From: Clostridiaceae bacterium BRH_c20a
GTDB lineage: Bacteria; Bacillota; Peptococcia; Peptococcales; BICA1-8
Direction of reading: 5' to 3'
DNA length: 64,000 nucleotides
Assembly (NCBI GenBank): GCA_000961765.1
Contig: LADT01000026.1
Span: 19,574-83,573, forward strand
In this document: positions 27,692 through 38,255 of the stretch, piece after piece
Layout: every line of letters starts with the position of its first letter
Position numbering within the stretch: position 1 is the first letter of the stretch
Program-made: the position numbers and the translations under genes
Notes under the pieces: generated by a model
What the model saw: only the letters and a program-made list of their open reading frames with translations
The model's database searches: none
What the model was told of the DNA's origin: nothing

Positions 27692-30106
27692 ATGGCTAAA
27701 GAAAGAACTATTAATATACCTGTTTTAGGAATGACCTGTGCTGTTTGTGCTACTAGAATAGAAAAAAAGGTTCCAAAATTAGAAGGAATTATTGATGTCA
27801 ACGTTAATTTTGGAGCTGAAAAGGCCCAAGTAAAATATGATGCCGATGTTGTGCAGTTAAAGGATGTTGTCGCAAAAATAATAGATACAGGCTATGATGT
27901 CCCCAAGGATAAGGTTGAGCTAAAAATCCAGGGAATGACCTGTGCAGCTTGTTCTACCCGGATTGAGCGGGGCCTAAATAAAATGGACGGTATCTTAGAG
28001 GCTAACGTTAATCTGGCTTTAGAAAAGGCTAATATTGCCTATGTCCCTGGTTTGGTATCGGTACAGGAAATTAAAAAGAAAATTGAAGATATTGGTTATC
28101 AGATTCTGGATTTTGAGGCTGGAGCTACAGGTGATAAAGAACAGGAAGCGCGGCAGAAGGAGATAAGAAGGCAACGTAATTTATTTATAATTTCAGCCCT
28201 ACTATCCTTACCATTATTATCTATGATGTTTATTGAGTGGTTTGGGCTTCATGAGGTTGCCCCCCATTTTCTTATGGACCCAGTTTTCCAGTTTGTTTTA
28301 ACAACACCTATTCAGTTTGGTGTGGGAAGTTATTTTTATATTGATGCATATAAGGCCTTGAAAGGCGGCAGTGCAAATATGTCAGTGCTGGTAGCTTTAG
28401 GTACATCAGCTGCGTACTTTTATAGTGTAGCTGCTACCTTCTTTAGTGATTTAGTAGGTACAAGCCATGTTTATTACGAAACAGCCGCTATAATTATTAC
28501 CCTAATTATTTTAGGAAAGCTTTTAGAAGCCCTAGCAAAAGGGAGAACATCAGAAGCAATTAAAAAGCTGATGGGTCTACAGCCCAAAACTGCCCGGGTA
28601 ATCAGAAACGACCAAGAAGTAGATATACCAATAGAAGAGGTTGTTGTTGGTGATATTATCGTAGTAAAGCCTGGGGAGAAACTTCCGGTAGATGGTATTG
28701 TTGTAAGCGGAACATCTAGTGTTGATGAATCAATGCTCACCGGTGAAAGCCTGCCCGTGGATAAAAAAGAAGGCAGTGAGGTAATCGGAGCTACCATAAA
28801 TAAACACGGCAGCTTTAAGTTTAAAGCCACAAAGGTAGGAAAAGAGACTGCTCTGGCTCAAATAGTCAGGATAGTGGAGGAAGCCCAAGGCTCAAAAGCT
28901 CCAATTCAAAGAATGGCTGATATAATATCTGCTTATTTTGTTCCTGTAGTTATTGCTATTTCAGTTGTTACCTTTTTGAGCTGGTATTTTATCGTGGAGC
29001 CCGGGGAATTTACCAAAGCACTATTACCTGCTATCGCTGTTCTTGTTATAGCCTGTCCCTGTGCTTTAGGTTTGGCGACACCTACCTCAATTATGGTTGG
29101 AACAGGTAAAGGTGCGGAGAATGGTATTCTTATCAAAGGTGGGGAACATTTAGAAAATGCCCATAAAATTAATACGGTAGTTCTAGATAAAACCGGAACC
29201 ATTACTAAAGGTGAGCCAGAGGTTACTGATATAATTGCAACCTTTATAGCTAAAGAAGAACTTCTAAGATTAGCGGCCAGTGCTGAGAGAAATTCTGAGC
29301 ATCCCCTAGCCGAGGCTATAGTAGGTTATGCCCGGAATCAAGGAATAGAGCTGAGGGAGGCAATTGATTTTAAAGCTATACCCGGTCATGGAATAGAAGT
29401 AAAGGTTGATGGCAAGTTAATTTTTCTGGGCAATCGGAAATTAATGAAAGATAAAGAAATAAATATTGAAAAATTAGCTATGATTGCTGATAATTATGAA
29501 GGGCAAGGCAAAACCGCTATGCTTGTAGCTGTTGATGGCAAAGCAGCAGGGGTTATTGCTGTAGCCGATACTGTAAAGAAAAGTTCCCTAAGTGCTATAA
29601 AAGAGTTAAAAGAAATGGGAATAGAAGTTATAATGATTACAGGGGATAACAAAAAAACTGCTCTGGCTATCGCAAATCAGGTAGGAATTGATAAGGTATT
29701 AGCAGAAGTATTACCGGAGAATAAGGCAGAAGAAGTGGACAAGCTTAAAAAAGCAGGGAAAAAGGTAGCTATGGTAGGGGACGGAATAAATGATGCTCCA
29801 GCCTTAGTTACCGCAGATGTGGGCATTGCCATTGGTACAGGGACAGATATAGCCATGGAGGCCGGAGACATAACACTAATTAGCGGTGATTTGCATGGTA
29901 TAGTTGCGGCTATAAAACTAAGTAAGGCTACCATGGTCAATATAAAGCAAAACCTATTCTGGGCATTGTTTTATAATAGCTTAGGTATCCCGGTTGCCGC
30001 TTTTGGCTTACTATCACCTGTAATTGCAGGTGCTGCTATGGCTTTTAGCTCTGTATCTGTTGTTTCTAATGCCTTGAGATTAAAAAGGTGGAAGTATCAA
30101 CATTAA
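27692..30106 (+). CDS. copA: Copper-translocating P1B-1 ATPase
   Basis: Two GMTCxxC HMA domains, [24 protein letters not shown] and MAFSS motifs. Confidence 0.95.
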   Translation: MAKERTINIPVLGMTCAVCATRIEKKVPKLEGIIDVNVNFGAEKAQVKYDADVVQLKDVVAKIIDTGYDVPKDKVELKIQGMTCAACSTRIERGLNKMDGILEANVNLALEKANIAYVPGLVSVQEIKKKIEDIGYQILDFEAGATGDKEQEARQKEIRRQRNLFIISALLSLPLLSMMFIEWFGLHEVAPHFLMDPVFQFVLTTPIQFGVGSYFYIDAYKALKGGSANMSVLVALGTSAAYFYSVAATFFSDLVGTSHVYYETAAIIITLIILGKLLEALAKGRTSEAIKKLMGLQPKTARVIRNDQEVDIPIEEVVVGDIIVVKPGEKLPVDGIVVSGTSSVDESMLTGESLPVDKKEGSEVIGATINKHGSFKFKATKVGKETALAQIVRIVEEAQGSKAPIQRMADIISAYFVPVVIAISVVTFLSWYFIVEPGEFTKALLPAIAVLVIACPCALGLATPTSIMVGTGKGAENGILIKGGEHLENAHKINTVVLDKTGTITKGEPEVTDIIATFIAKEELLRLAASAERNSEHPLAEAIVGYARNQGIELREAIDFKAIPGHGIEVKVDGKLIFLGNRKLMKDKEINIEKLAMIADNYEGQGKTAMLVAVDGKAAGVIAVADTVKKSSLSAIKELKEMGIEVIMITGDNKKTALAIANQVGIDKVLAEVLPENKAEEVDKLKKAGKKVAMVGDGINDAPALVTADVGIAIGTGTDIAMEAGDITLISGDLHGIVAAIKLSKATMVNIKQNLFWALFYNSLGIPVAAFGLLSPVIAGAAMAFSSVSVVSNALRLKRWKYQH

Positions 30107-30139
30107 TTTTAATTATTAAATTGATTGGAGGAATAAAAA

Positions 30140-31438
30140 ATGGTTTCAGGATTAGTCCAAGAATGGAATAAGGCAGAATTGCCTAAAATGGTTAGGGTCA
30201 GGCAGAAATTTGCTGGGTCGAAGATCAAAGATATACGAGAGGAAATGAGAGATCAGTTTAGTGCATTAAAGCTCTCAGAAAGGCTAAAGCCAGGAGCTAA
30301 AATTGCAGTTGCAGTAGGCAGCAGAGGTATCCATGATATAGATAAGATAACTAAAGAAGTTATTGAAATTTTAAAGGATCACAATTTTGAACCTTTTATT
30401 ATCCCGGCTATGGGCAGTCATGGTGGTGCTGCAGAAGAAGGTCAAGTTAAGGTTTTAGCGGAATACGGTATTACTGAAGATACTATGGGTGTATCTATTA
30501 AGTCTTCCCTTGATGTAGTTGAGGTTGGAACTGTGCGTGTTCCCTCGGTTCCCGAGGAATTTCCCGTATATGTAGATAAAATTGGCTATAATTCCGATGG
30601 TATTGTAGTAATAAATAGAGTTAAACCCCATACCTTATTTAGACATGATGTGGAAAGCGGTTTAATGAAGATGCTGACTATCGGTCTGGGAAAACATCAA
30701 GGAGCAACTATTGCCCACCTCCAGGGCTTTGATATTTTTGGAGAAATAATCCCAGCGGTAGGGGAAGAAATTCTAAAAAAGGCACCTATCTATTTTGGAG
30801 TAGGGATTGTCGAAAATGCTTTTGAAGAAACAGCAGAAATCAGAATTGTTCCCCGAGAGGATTTCATGCAAGCTGATCAGGAACTTTTAGTAAAGGCAAG
30901 AAAGCTTATGGGCAGGATCATGCTTCCGGAGATTGATGTATTAATTATTAAAGAAATAGGCAAAGAGTTTAGTGGTGATGGGATGGATCCTAATGTAGTT
31001 GGCCGGTATTTAAATCCCCATATTAAGCCTGACATTAAGGCACAAAAAATTGTAGTTCTGGATTTATCGGAAAAAACTAAAGGCAATGCAACTGGTATAG
31101 GCTCCGCTGATGTTATAACTAAAAGGATGTATGACAAAATTGATCTTAAGAAAACCTATATCAATATTTACACCTCTACTGCCTTACCGGGCGGTCGGAT
31201 ACCAATAACAATAGATACTGATGAGGAAGCTATTCAGGTAGCCTTGACTTCCTGTGTACGTGTTTATCCAGGTAAATATAAAGTGGTCTACATTCCTAAT
31301 ACTCTCTATTTAGAAGAGTTATGGGTTTCAGAGCCACTAGCCCAAACATTGAAAGATTCACCAGATTTCGAGATCATAGGTGAACCGGAAGCCATAGAAT
31401 TTGATGCAGAAGGCAATATTGTTAATTTGCCCTTTTAA
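30140..31438 (+). CDS. Lactate racemase (LarA)-superfamily / DUF2088-like protein
   Basis: AVGSRGI, PAMGSHGG, NRVKPHT, ESGLMKM, GDGMDPNVVGR. Confidence 0.7.
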   Translation: MVSGLVQEWNKAELPKMVRVRQKFAGSKIKDIREEMRDQFSALKLSERLKPGAKIAVAVGSRGIHDIDKITKEVIEILKDHNFEPFIIPAMGSHGGAAEEGQVKVLAEYGITEDTMGVSIKSSLDVVEVGTVRVPSVPEEFPVYVDKIGYNSDGIVVINRVKPHTLFRHDVESGLMKMLTIGLGKHQGATIAHLQGFDIFGEIIPAVGEEILKKAPIYFGVGIVENAFEETAEIRIVPREDFMQADQELLVKARKLMGRIMLPEIDVLIIKEIGKEFSGDGMDPNVVGRYLNPHIKPDIKAQKIVVLDLSEKTKGNATGIGSADVITKRMYDKIDLKKTYINIYTSTALPGGRIPITIDTDEEAIQVALTSCVRVYPGKYKVVYIPNTLYLEELWVSEPLAQTLKDSPDFEIIGEPEAIEFDAEGNIVNLPF

Positions 31439-31555
31439 GGAAAGGGGACACACCTCATTTTGGGAGTGATCTTTGGCCGAGGAATGTCCCCAACGTATGG
31501 AAAGGGGACACACCTCATTTTGGGAGTGATCTTTGGCCGAGGAATGTCCCCAACG
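31439..31555. repeat. Tandem duplication (57 bp identical, 60-bp period) of a GGGGACA..TGTCCCC hairpin element
   Basis: 31439-31495 is identical to 31499-31555. Confidence 0.95.
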
Positions 31556-31560
31556 AATAA

Positions 31561-31650
31561 TAGGTTGAGATTTCGCTACGCTAGGTTGAGGTTGAGAAAA
31601 TACAATAGAAATTTACTTAACCTTAGCCTCAACCTCAACCCTCAGCCTTA
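31561..31650. repeat. Inverted array of GGTTGA / (C)TCAACC hexamer repeats
   Basis: AGGTTGAG..AGGTTGAGGTTGAG on the left; CTTAACCTTAGCCTCAACCTCAACCCTCAGCC on the right. Confidence 0.75.
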
Positions 31651-31680
31651 TCATTAATATATTCTCGCCCACTATTAGAC

Positions 31681-31715
31681 TTAAAGAAAGTCGCCCTTTG
31701 GGCGACTTTCTTTAA
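31681..31715. terminator. Perfect 16-bp inverted repeat (terminator-like)
   Basis: TTAAAGAAAGTCGCCC-TTT-GGGCGACTTTCTTTAA. Confidence 0.7.
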
Positions 31716-31726
31716 AGGGGGTTATT

Positions 31727-32638
31727 ATGAAGTTTTGGGGTTATATAACCGCAATAGCCGGCTGGCTATCTGCCGCTGTTATTTTTCGCTATGGTCTCTA
31801 TCCGCCTCAATTACTATTTTGGCTGGTTTTATTTGTTACGGCATTTGTTGCCTCGGGCTTGACGGGGGATAAGTGGGCAGGGTTTAAGCTAGCTGGCTTT
31901 GTATGGGTATTAGTTCCTTTAACGGGACTAGTCTTTTCCGTAAACCTGTTAGAGCCGGGGCAATTTGCCCTGTCTATGATAGCAACAGTGATAACAGTTT
32001 TTTTTACCGGTTTCTTTGCAACGAAGTTTAAAATTTCAAGTATCCTGAAGGGATTTGCATTATTAATTTTAGTATTTTCCCTATTATTAGGTAGTTTATA
32101 TTATCAGATAAAAGAAGCTGGTACTACAGCTTCTCTAGCCAAAGCTGATGGGGCCATAATATTAGGAGCGGCAGTTTGGGAAGGGGGGAGACCCAGTCCC
32201 TCTATGTATGCTAGAGTAAAGGAAGGTGTCAAGCTTTATGAGGCTGGTCTAGTGAATAGAATTATTGTTACAGGAGGATTGGGGAGGATTCCCCCGACTG
32301 AGGCTGAAGTAATGGGGAGATTGGCTCAGGAGTTAGGCGCTCCCCAAGAGATTATAATAATGGAAACACAAGCCACAACTACTGAGGAAAATATCATGTT
32401 TAGTAAGGCTATTGGAGAAAGCTTGGGGCTTACTACATATATCGTGGTTACTGATGCCTTCCACCTTAAGAGGGCCTTATTAATTGCAGAAGTCTTTGGC
32501 CTGCAAGCACAAGGAGTTCCCGCTCTAGAGAGTCCATTATACACAAATAAGTGGCTTCGCTTTAAATATACTTTACGGGAAGCCTTTGCCTTAGTTCAAC
32601 ACTATGTAAAATATCTTGTAAATATTAATTTGACATAA
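31727..32638 (+). CDS. YdcF/DUF218 family membrane protein
   Basis: N-terminal TMs; IILGAAV, VTGG, EAEVM, TTEENI, VTDAFHLKRA, LRE. Confidence 0.85.
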   Translation: MKFWGYITAIAGWLSAAVIFRYGLYPPQLLFWLVLFVTAFVASGLTGDKWAGFKLAGFVWVLVPLTGLVFSVNLLEPGQFALSMIATVITVFFTGFFATKFKISSILKGFALLILVFSLLLGSLYYQIKEAGTTASLAKADGAIILGAAVWEGGRPSPSMYARVKEGVKLYEAGLVNRIIVTGGLGRIPPTEAEVMGRLAQELGAPQEIIIMETQATTTEENIMFSKAIGESLGLTTYIVVTDAFHLKRALLIAEVFGLQAQGVPALESPLYTNKWLRFKYTLREAFALVQHYVKYLVNINLT

Positions 32639-32718
32639 CATCCTAGTGGAAAAAAGCTGTGTCAAAAATCACCTCCATCGCATATCTTGAGGTATAAGTA
32701 AATAAATATGAGGTCAAT

Positions 32719-32767
32719 GGCGCCCTCGAAACATTAATTAATTAATGTTTGGTGGCGTTTTTTATTT
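32719..32767 (+). terminator. Terminator-like hairpin upstream of asnB
   Basis: CGCC..AAACATTAATTAATTAATGTTT..GGCG followed by TTTTTT. Confidence 0.55.
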
Positions 32768-32794
32768 GCAAATATTTACAGGGAAGGTGGAAAT

Positions 32795-34645
32795 ATGATG
32801 TGTGGAATTACAGGTTGGATAAACTGGGAGAGGGATTTAGAGGACGAAAGGGCAATGATAGAAAAAATGACTATGACCCTGGCCCATCGGGGTCCGGATG
32901 GGGCGGGAATATATCTAAATAGGCATATAGCTTTAGGTCACCGACGCTTAAGCATAATCGATTTGGAACGGGGAAAACAGCCAATGACAAGAAAAGCTAA
33001 ATGCAATACCTTTACTATAGTGTATAATGGGGAGCTTTATAATACTGAAGAAATACGACATGAGCTTAAAAGTAAAGGGTATTATTTTGAGAGCCATTCA
33101 GATACGGAGGTTCTTATTTATGCATTTATTGAATGGGGGTCAGGATGTCTAAAGAAACTAAATGGGATTTTTGCCTTTGCTGTTTGGGATGAAAGAGAGG
33201 AAAAGCTGTTTTTAGCCAGAGATCGTTTTGGGGTTAAGCCTCTTTTCTATACATTTATCCGTAATCAGCTTATTTTTGGTTCAGAAATAAAGGCCCTTTT
33301 AGCCCATCCTTTAGTTAAGGCAGAAGTAGATAGTGAAGGCTTGGCTGAGCTTCTATCTCTAAGTCCTTCTAGGACTCCCGGTCACGGTGTTTTTCGAAAT
33401 ATTAAGGAGCTAAGGCCAGGCACTTATGCGACCTTTGATAGGAAGGGTTTAGCTATAGGTATTTATTGGTTATTGGAGAGCCTTGCCCATGAAGATAATC
33501 TGGCAACCACCACAGAAAGAGTTAGAGAATTGGTGGTGGATGCTATAGAACGACAGTTGGTTTCTGATGTGCCCGTTTGTACTTTTCTTTCTGGGGGATT
33601 AGACTCCAGTGCCATAACTGCCGTAGCCAGTAAATATTATCGGCAAAATGGTTTAGGTAAGCTGATGACTTTTTCCCTTGATTATATTGATAATGATCGG
33701 TATTTTCAAGCCAGTGATTTTCAGCCAAATGCAGATAGCGAATGGATTGGAAAAGCAGTAGCTGCATTTGCTACCAAGCATCATTATATATATTTTGATA
33801 CACCACAGCTAGTAGAAAATTTAGCAGATGCAGTTTATTATCGTGATTTACCTGGGATGGCTGATATTGACTCATCGTTATACCTTTTTTGTCGGGAAAT
33901 AAAGAAACATGCCACTGTTGCCTTATCTGGTGAGTGTGCGGATGAGGTATTTGGCGGATACCCCTGGTTTTATCAAGCTGACCAACTAGAAGCAGAAGGC
34001 TTTCCCTGGATTAGGAATATAGAGGAAAGGTTGAGGATTTTATCACCGGAAGTGACTTCAGTTATTAATCCCATAGATTACGCCGAATTCAGATATGAAC
34101 AAACCTTAAAAGAGGTGCCATTATTAACAGGAGAAAGTCCTCTAGAAGCAAGAAGAAGGATTATGGCATATTTGAATTTCACTTGGTTTATGGCCACTTT
34201 ATTAGACCGAAAGGATCGAATGAGTATGGGAACAGGCTTGGAGGTTCGGGTTCCTTTTTGTGATCACAAAATAGTAGAATATGTCTGGAATATCCCCTGG
34301 GAAATGAAATTTTTCGACAAGCGGGAAAAAGGAATTCTACGGAAGGCTTTAAGCGGGATGCTGCCAGATGATATATTATGGCGAAAAAAAAGCCCTTATC
34401 CAAAAACCCATAATCCTAGCTATTTACAAGCAGTACGTAAGGAGTTAGAAAATATCATAAATAATAGTCAATCACCTTTAAATCAAATTATAAATGTTAA
34501 ATATATTAAAGAATTATTGAAGTCTGATTTGAAAGTATACAACACACCCTGGTTTGGTCAATTGATGACCGGTCCTCAGCTTTTTGCCTTTTTAATTCAA
34601 GTGGACTTATGGCTGCGCAAGTATAAAGTAGTCATGGTTTTGTAA
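32795..34645 (+). CDS. asnB: Asparagine synthase (glutamine-hydrolysing), AsnO-like
   Basis: MCGI N-terminus, HRGPD, LSGGLDSS, SGECADEVFGGY, RKDRMSM, EVRVPF. Confidence 0.93.
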   Translation: MMCGITGWINWERDLEDERAMIEKMTMTLAHRGPDGAGIYLNRHIALGHRRLSIIDLERGKQPMTRKAKCNTFTIVYNGELYNTEEIRHELKSKGYYFESHSDTEVLIYAFIEWGSGCLKKLNGIFAFAVWDEREEKLFLARDRFGVKPLFYTFIRNQLIFGSEIKALLAHPLVKAEVDSEGLAELLSLSPSRTPGHGVFRNIKELRPGTYATFDRKGLAIGIYWLLESLAHEDNLATTTERVRELVVDAIERQLVSDVPVCTFLSGGLDSSAITAVASKYYRQNGLGKLMTFSLDYIDNDRYFQASDFQPNADSEWIGKAVAAFATKHHYIYFDTPQLVENLADAVYYRDLPGMADIDSSLYLFCREIKKHATVALSGECADEVFGGYPWFYQADQLEAEGFPWIRNIEERLRILSPEVTSVINPIDYAEFRYEQTLKEVPLLTGESPLEARRRIMAYLNFTWFMATLLDRKDRMSMGTGLEVRVPFCDHKIVEYVWNIPWEMKFFDKREKGILRKALSGMLPDDILWRKKSPYPKTHNPSYLQAVRKELENIINNSQSPLNQIINVKYIKELLKSDLKVYNTPWFGQLMTGPQLFAFLIQVDLWLRKYKVVMVL

Positions 34646-34785
34646 TAACCGACCTTTTTAAAGCAATTTTTCCATTTTTCTACATAAATAGGGAAAAAAA
34701 AGAGGGATTTCTATAAATAAGTCGTATATATTTTTAAAAGTATAAAAAGTAATTTTTATTATCGTAATATCCTGTTTTTGAGGAG

Positions 34786-37392
34786 TTGGAGCATATGGAA
34801 CAGTTGGCCTGTATCAAAATAGGAGAATATAGGGAAAAGTATGAAAAACTTCTTAACTCAATCGATGATGCCATTTTTTTATGTGAGGTAAATAGTGACG
34901 GCTTTCCAGGCCGATTTCTGGAGGTGAACGAAGCTGCTTGTCAAGTATTAGGTTACAGCAGGGAAGAACTATTGGAAATGGGACCAGAGGATATTAGTCC
35001 CCCGGAGGGGTTGGAAATGCATCATAACCCAGAGGTTTTAAGGAAGTTCCAAGGGGGACAAGTGAAAATTATTTTTGATTGTTTCAATGTTGCTAAAGAT
35101 GGTACGTTTTTGCCTGTTGAAAACAACTGCCATGTTTTTGAGTTAAATGGAAAAAGACTTTGTCTGGTAGTTGCCAGGGATATCTCGGAGCGAAATAAGG
35201 CGGAAAAAATTATTAAGGAAGGTGAAGAAAAATACCGCCATCTGGTGGAGCTTCTACCGGATGGCATTTGTATTCATCAAAAAGGTAAAATCGTATTTAT
35301 TAATGAAAATGGCGCTAAGGCCTTAGGTTATGATTCTTCAGAAGAACTTATTGGTCAAAACATTATAGAATATGTCTTTCCTGAAGTTCGTGCAAGTGCA
35401 TTGACCCGAATAAAAGAGGTATTATTAGAGAAAAAAACTGTTCCCTTCGCCGAAGAAAAGTTAATAGCTAAAGATGGCAGGATTATTGAAGTAGAAACAA
35501 GTGCCGCACCTTTTACCTATAAGGGGGAGCCTGCAGTACTTGCAGTAACAAGGGATATTACTGGGCGTAAAGAATCCGAGCGGTTATTAAAAGAAAAAGA
35601 AGACATATATCGCAGATATATTGAAAAATCCATAGATGGGGTTTTCTTGGCAGATAGTAATGGTAAATATATTGATGTAAATCAGGCAGGCTGCAAAATG
35701 CTGGGCTATACTAAAGGAGAATTATTATCTAAGTCTATTTCGGAGGTAATTGCGCCTGATTCTTTGGAATTATGTTCTCGGGATTTTGATTTGCTAAAAG
35801 AAACAGGTGAAATAAGAATAGAGCGTACCTTAATCAAAAAAGACGGTACTCTTATAGATGTAGAAATAAACGCCTTTAGGATTTCTGATAATGAATATGT
35901 GGCTTTTTGTCATGATGTCAGCGAGAGAAAGATGGCGGAAAAGGCCTTAATGGAAAATGAATATCTTTTTCGCTTAATTACCGAAAATATGCTGGATCTT
36001 ATCACCCTGATAGATCAAAATGGTAGATTTAAGTATGTAAGTCCCTCGTATAAGACAATACTAGGGTATAATTCCCAGGAGCTTTTAGGAAAACCATTTT
36101 TTAACTTTATCCACTGTGATGACAATGATAAACTATTTGAAGAATATAATAAGGCTGTTGAAGATAAATTGTATGGAAAGGTGGAATGCCGATTTAGAAA
36201 TGCTAACAATAGCTATGTGTGGTTAGAAATAGCAGGTAATATTCTAAAAACCCCCGATGGAGAATTTCAAGGTGCTGTTTTATGCAGCAGAGATATTGGT
36301 GAGCGCAAATTTTCGGAAAAATTGCTGATCAATAGTGAGAAGAGGTACAAACGGCTAGTGGAACTTTCGCCCGATGGAATTTTAGTCCTTGTTAATGGGA
36401 CTATAGTTTTTGCCAATGAAGCTGCGAAAAACATCTTGGGTATAGAAAAAGGTAATGTTCTCATTGGCAGAAAGTATGGGAGTATCATTCATCCTGATTA
36501 TCTTTATGCTTCACGGCAGCAAATTAATAATATTGAACAAGGGTTTGTTATTCCCTTAATGGTAGAAAAATATATTGGGTCAGATGGTAATGTAATATTT
36601 ACGGAGGTGACGGGAACATCTTTTGATTACCAAAATGAGCCCGCTGATTTGATCGTTTTTCGGGATATTACTGAACGAAAAAAAGCTGAAGAAAAATTGG
36701 AAGAGACTAGAAAAGTTTTGTTTGAAAAAGAAAAGCTAGCCTTAATCGGTCAAATGTCGGCCGGCATGGCCCATGAAATCAGGAATCCTCTAACTGCAAT
36801 TAGGGGCTATGTTCAGCTTATTAAGCTCAAAGAATATGAAAAGGCTAAGGTTGATAGCTATATAGATATGGTAATTGAGGAAATCGATCGGGTTAACGGT
36901 CTTATATCCGATTTTCTGCAGCTAGCTAGACCTAAGGAACCTAACCTAAAAAAGCAGTCTATTCAAAAAATGATATCTGAATTTTTGGATATTTTTGTTC
37001 CCCAAGGTTTACTTCAGAATATTCAAGTTGAATATAAAGCGGAAAGCGGCTTACAAAAATGCTTATTTGATAAAGATCAGATTAAACAAGTCCTTTTGAA
37101 CCTATGTAAAAATTCTATTGATGCTATGCCAACGGGGGGTTTGCTAAAAATAGCCACCAGAGATACACTAGATCAAAAGTATTTTTGTATTGAAGTGGAG
37201 GATAATGGCTGTGGTATATCCCCAACAAGACTAAATCAGCTAGGGACACCATTCTATTCCGATAAAGAAAAAGGAACAGGGCTCGGCCTTAGCATTTCTT
37301 ATTCCATTATCAGGGCCCATGGTGGTAAAATTGAGGTGGAGAGTACAGAAGGCCAGGGGACAAAGTTTATTATTTTTCTGCCAAGTGAATAA
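34786..37392 (+). CDS. Cytoplasmic orphan histidine kinase with five PAS domains
   Basis: Five PAS/PAC units ending in DI(S/T/G)ERK-like motifs; AHEIRNPLT, NLCKNS, GTGLGL; no TM segment. Confidence 0.92.
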   Translation: MEHMEQLACIKIGEYREKYEKLLNSIDDAIFLCEVNSDGFPGRFLEVNEAACQVLGYSREELLEMGPEDISPPEGLEMHHNPEVLRKFQGGQVKIIFDCFNVAKDGTFLPVENNCHVFELNGKRLCLVVARDISERNKAEKIIKEGEEKYRHLVELLPDGICIHQKGKIVFINENGAKALGYDSSEELIGQNIIEYVFPEVRASALTRIKEVLLEKKTVPFAEEKLIAKDGRIIEVETSAAPFTYKGEPAVLAVTRDITGRKESERLLKEKEDIYRRYIEKSIDGVFLADSNGKYIDVNQAGCKMLGYTKGELLSKSISEVIAPDSLELCSRDFDLLKETGEIRIERTLIKKDGTLIDVEINAFRISDNEYVAFCHDVSERKMAEKALMENEYLFRLITENMLDLITLIDQNGRFKYVSPSYKTILGYNSQELLGKPFFNFIHCDDNDKLFEEYNKAVEDKLYGKVECRFRNANNSYVWLEIAGNILKTPDGEFQGAVLCSRDIGERKFSEKLLINSEKRYKRLVELSPDGILVLVNGTIVFANEAAKNILGIEKGNVLIGRKYGSIIHPDYLYASRQQINNIEQGFVIPLMVEKYIGSDGNVIFTEVTGTSFDYQNEPADLIVFRDITERKKAEEKLEETRKVLFEKEKLALIGQMSAGMAHEIRNPLTAIRGYVQLIKLKEYEKAKVDSYIDMVIEEIDRVNGLISDFLQLARPKEPNLKKQSIQKMISEFLDIFVPQGLLQNIQVEYKAESGLQKCLFDKDQIKQVLLNLCKNSIDAMPTGGLLKIATRDTLDQKYFCIEVEDNGCGISPTRLNQLGTPFYSDKEKGTGLGLSISYSIIRAHGGKIEVESTEGQGTKFIIFLPSE

Positions 37393-37411
37393 AGTGAACT
37401 TGCGTCAGATG

Positions 37412-37452
37412 GTGTAATACCCCGCTTTAAGTTCCTATAAAGCGGGGTATTA
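37412..37452. terminator. Inverted repeat after the kinase
   Basis: TAATACCCCGCTTTA..TAAAGCGGGGTATTA. Confidence 0.6.
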
Positions 37453-37500
37453 GTGGTACCTAGCTATCTGGCAAACTATTAGACGAAGGGTGATAAAATT

Positions 37501-38244
37501 ATGAATATCCAGGGTAAAGTAGCGCTAATAACCGGAGGAGTATCGGGAATAGGACGGGCTACTGCATTAAAGCTTGCAGCACAAGGCGCGGGGATTGTTA
37601 TAAACTATTCTAAATCAGAAGAGGAAGCAGTACAGGCAGCAGAGGAAATTGGCCAGCACGGCGTAGAGGTAATTGTTTGTAAGGCTGATGTTTCCCAAGA
37701 GGAAGAGGTCAAAGTGATGTATGAAAAAATAATGGAACACTTTGGCAGGATAGATATTATTGTAAATAGTGCGGGTACTACTGACTATGTACCGCTGACA
37801 GATTTGGACGGAATGCAGGATGTATTTTGGGATAGAGCCTTTAATACAAATGTAAAAGGAATTTTTCATACTGTTCGAATCTGTAAAGATGAGCTTAAGC
37901 GTAATAAAGGCTGTGTAATAAATGTGACCTCTATTGCGGGTTTGACTGGACAAGGCAGCTCAATTGCTTATGCTGCCTCAAAAGCGGCGGCAAATAGTGT
38001 GACAAAAACACTGGCCATAGCTTTAGCACCTGAGGTACGGGTAAATGCTGTTGCACCAGGGGTAGTCATGACCCGCTGGGTAGCCGGTAAAGAAGACCAT
38101 GTTCAGCGCTTATCCCAGGGGACACCACTGGGACGACCTGCAGAAGCCGAGGATGTAGCGCAAGCTATCATTAGCCTAATAACAGGAGGCGATTTTATAA
38201 CCGGCCAGATACTAGTGGTTGATGGAGGTTTCACCATACGGTAA
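37501..38244 (+). CDS. Classical short-chain dehydrogenase/reductase
   Basis: TGGVSGIG, VNSAG, YAASK, VAPG. Confidence 0.92.
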   Translation: MNIQGKVALITGGVSGIGRATALKLAAQGAGIVINYSKSEEEAVQAAEEIGQHGVEVIVCKADVSQEEEVKVMYEKIMEHFGRIDIIVNSAGTTDYVPLTDLDGMQDVFWDRAFNTNVKGIFHTVRICKDELKRNKGCVINVTSIAGLTGQGSSIAYAASKAAANSVTKTLAIALAPEVRVNAVAPGVVMTRWVAGKEDHVQRLSQGTPLGRPAEAEDVAQAIISLITGGDFITGQILVVDGGFTIR

Positions 38245-38255
38245 GTAAAATAAAT

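Noticed and set aside
31439-31657. CRISPR array, or the 65-aa ORF 31460..31657
   Set aside because: Only two 57-bp identical units with a 3-bp gap, no spacers and no cas genes; the ORF is just translated repeats.
32641-32794. T-box or other riboswitch ahead of asnB
   Set aside because: No T-box motif or specifier stem and the leader is too short; only a terminator-like hairpin is supported.
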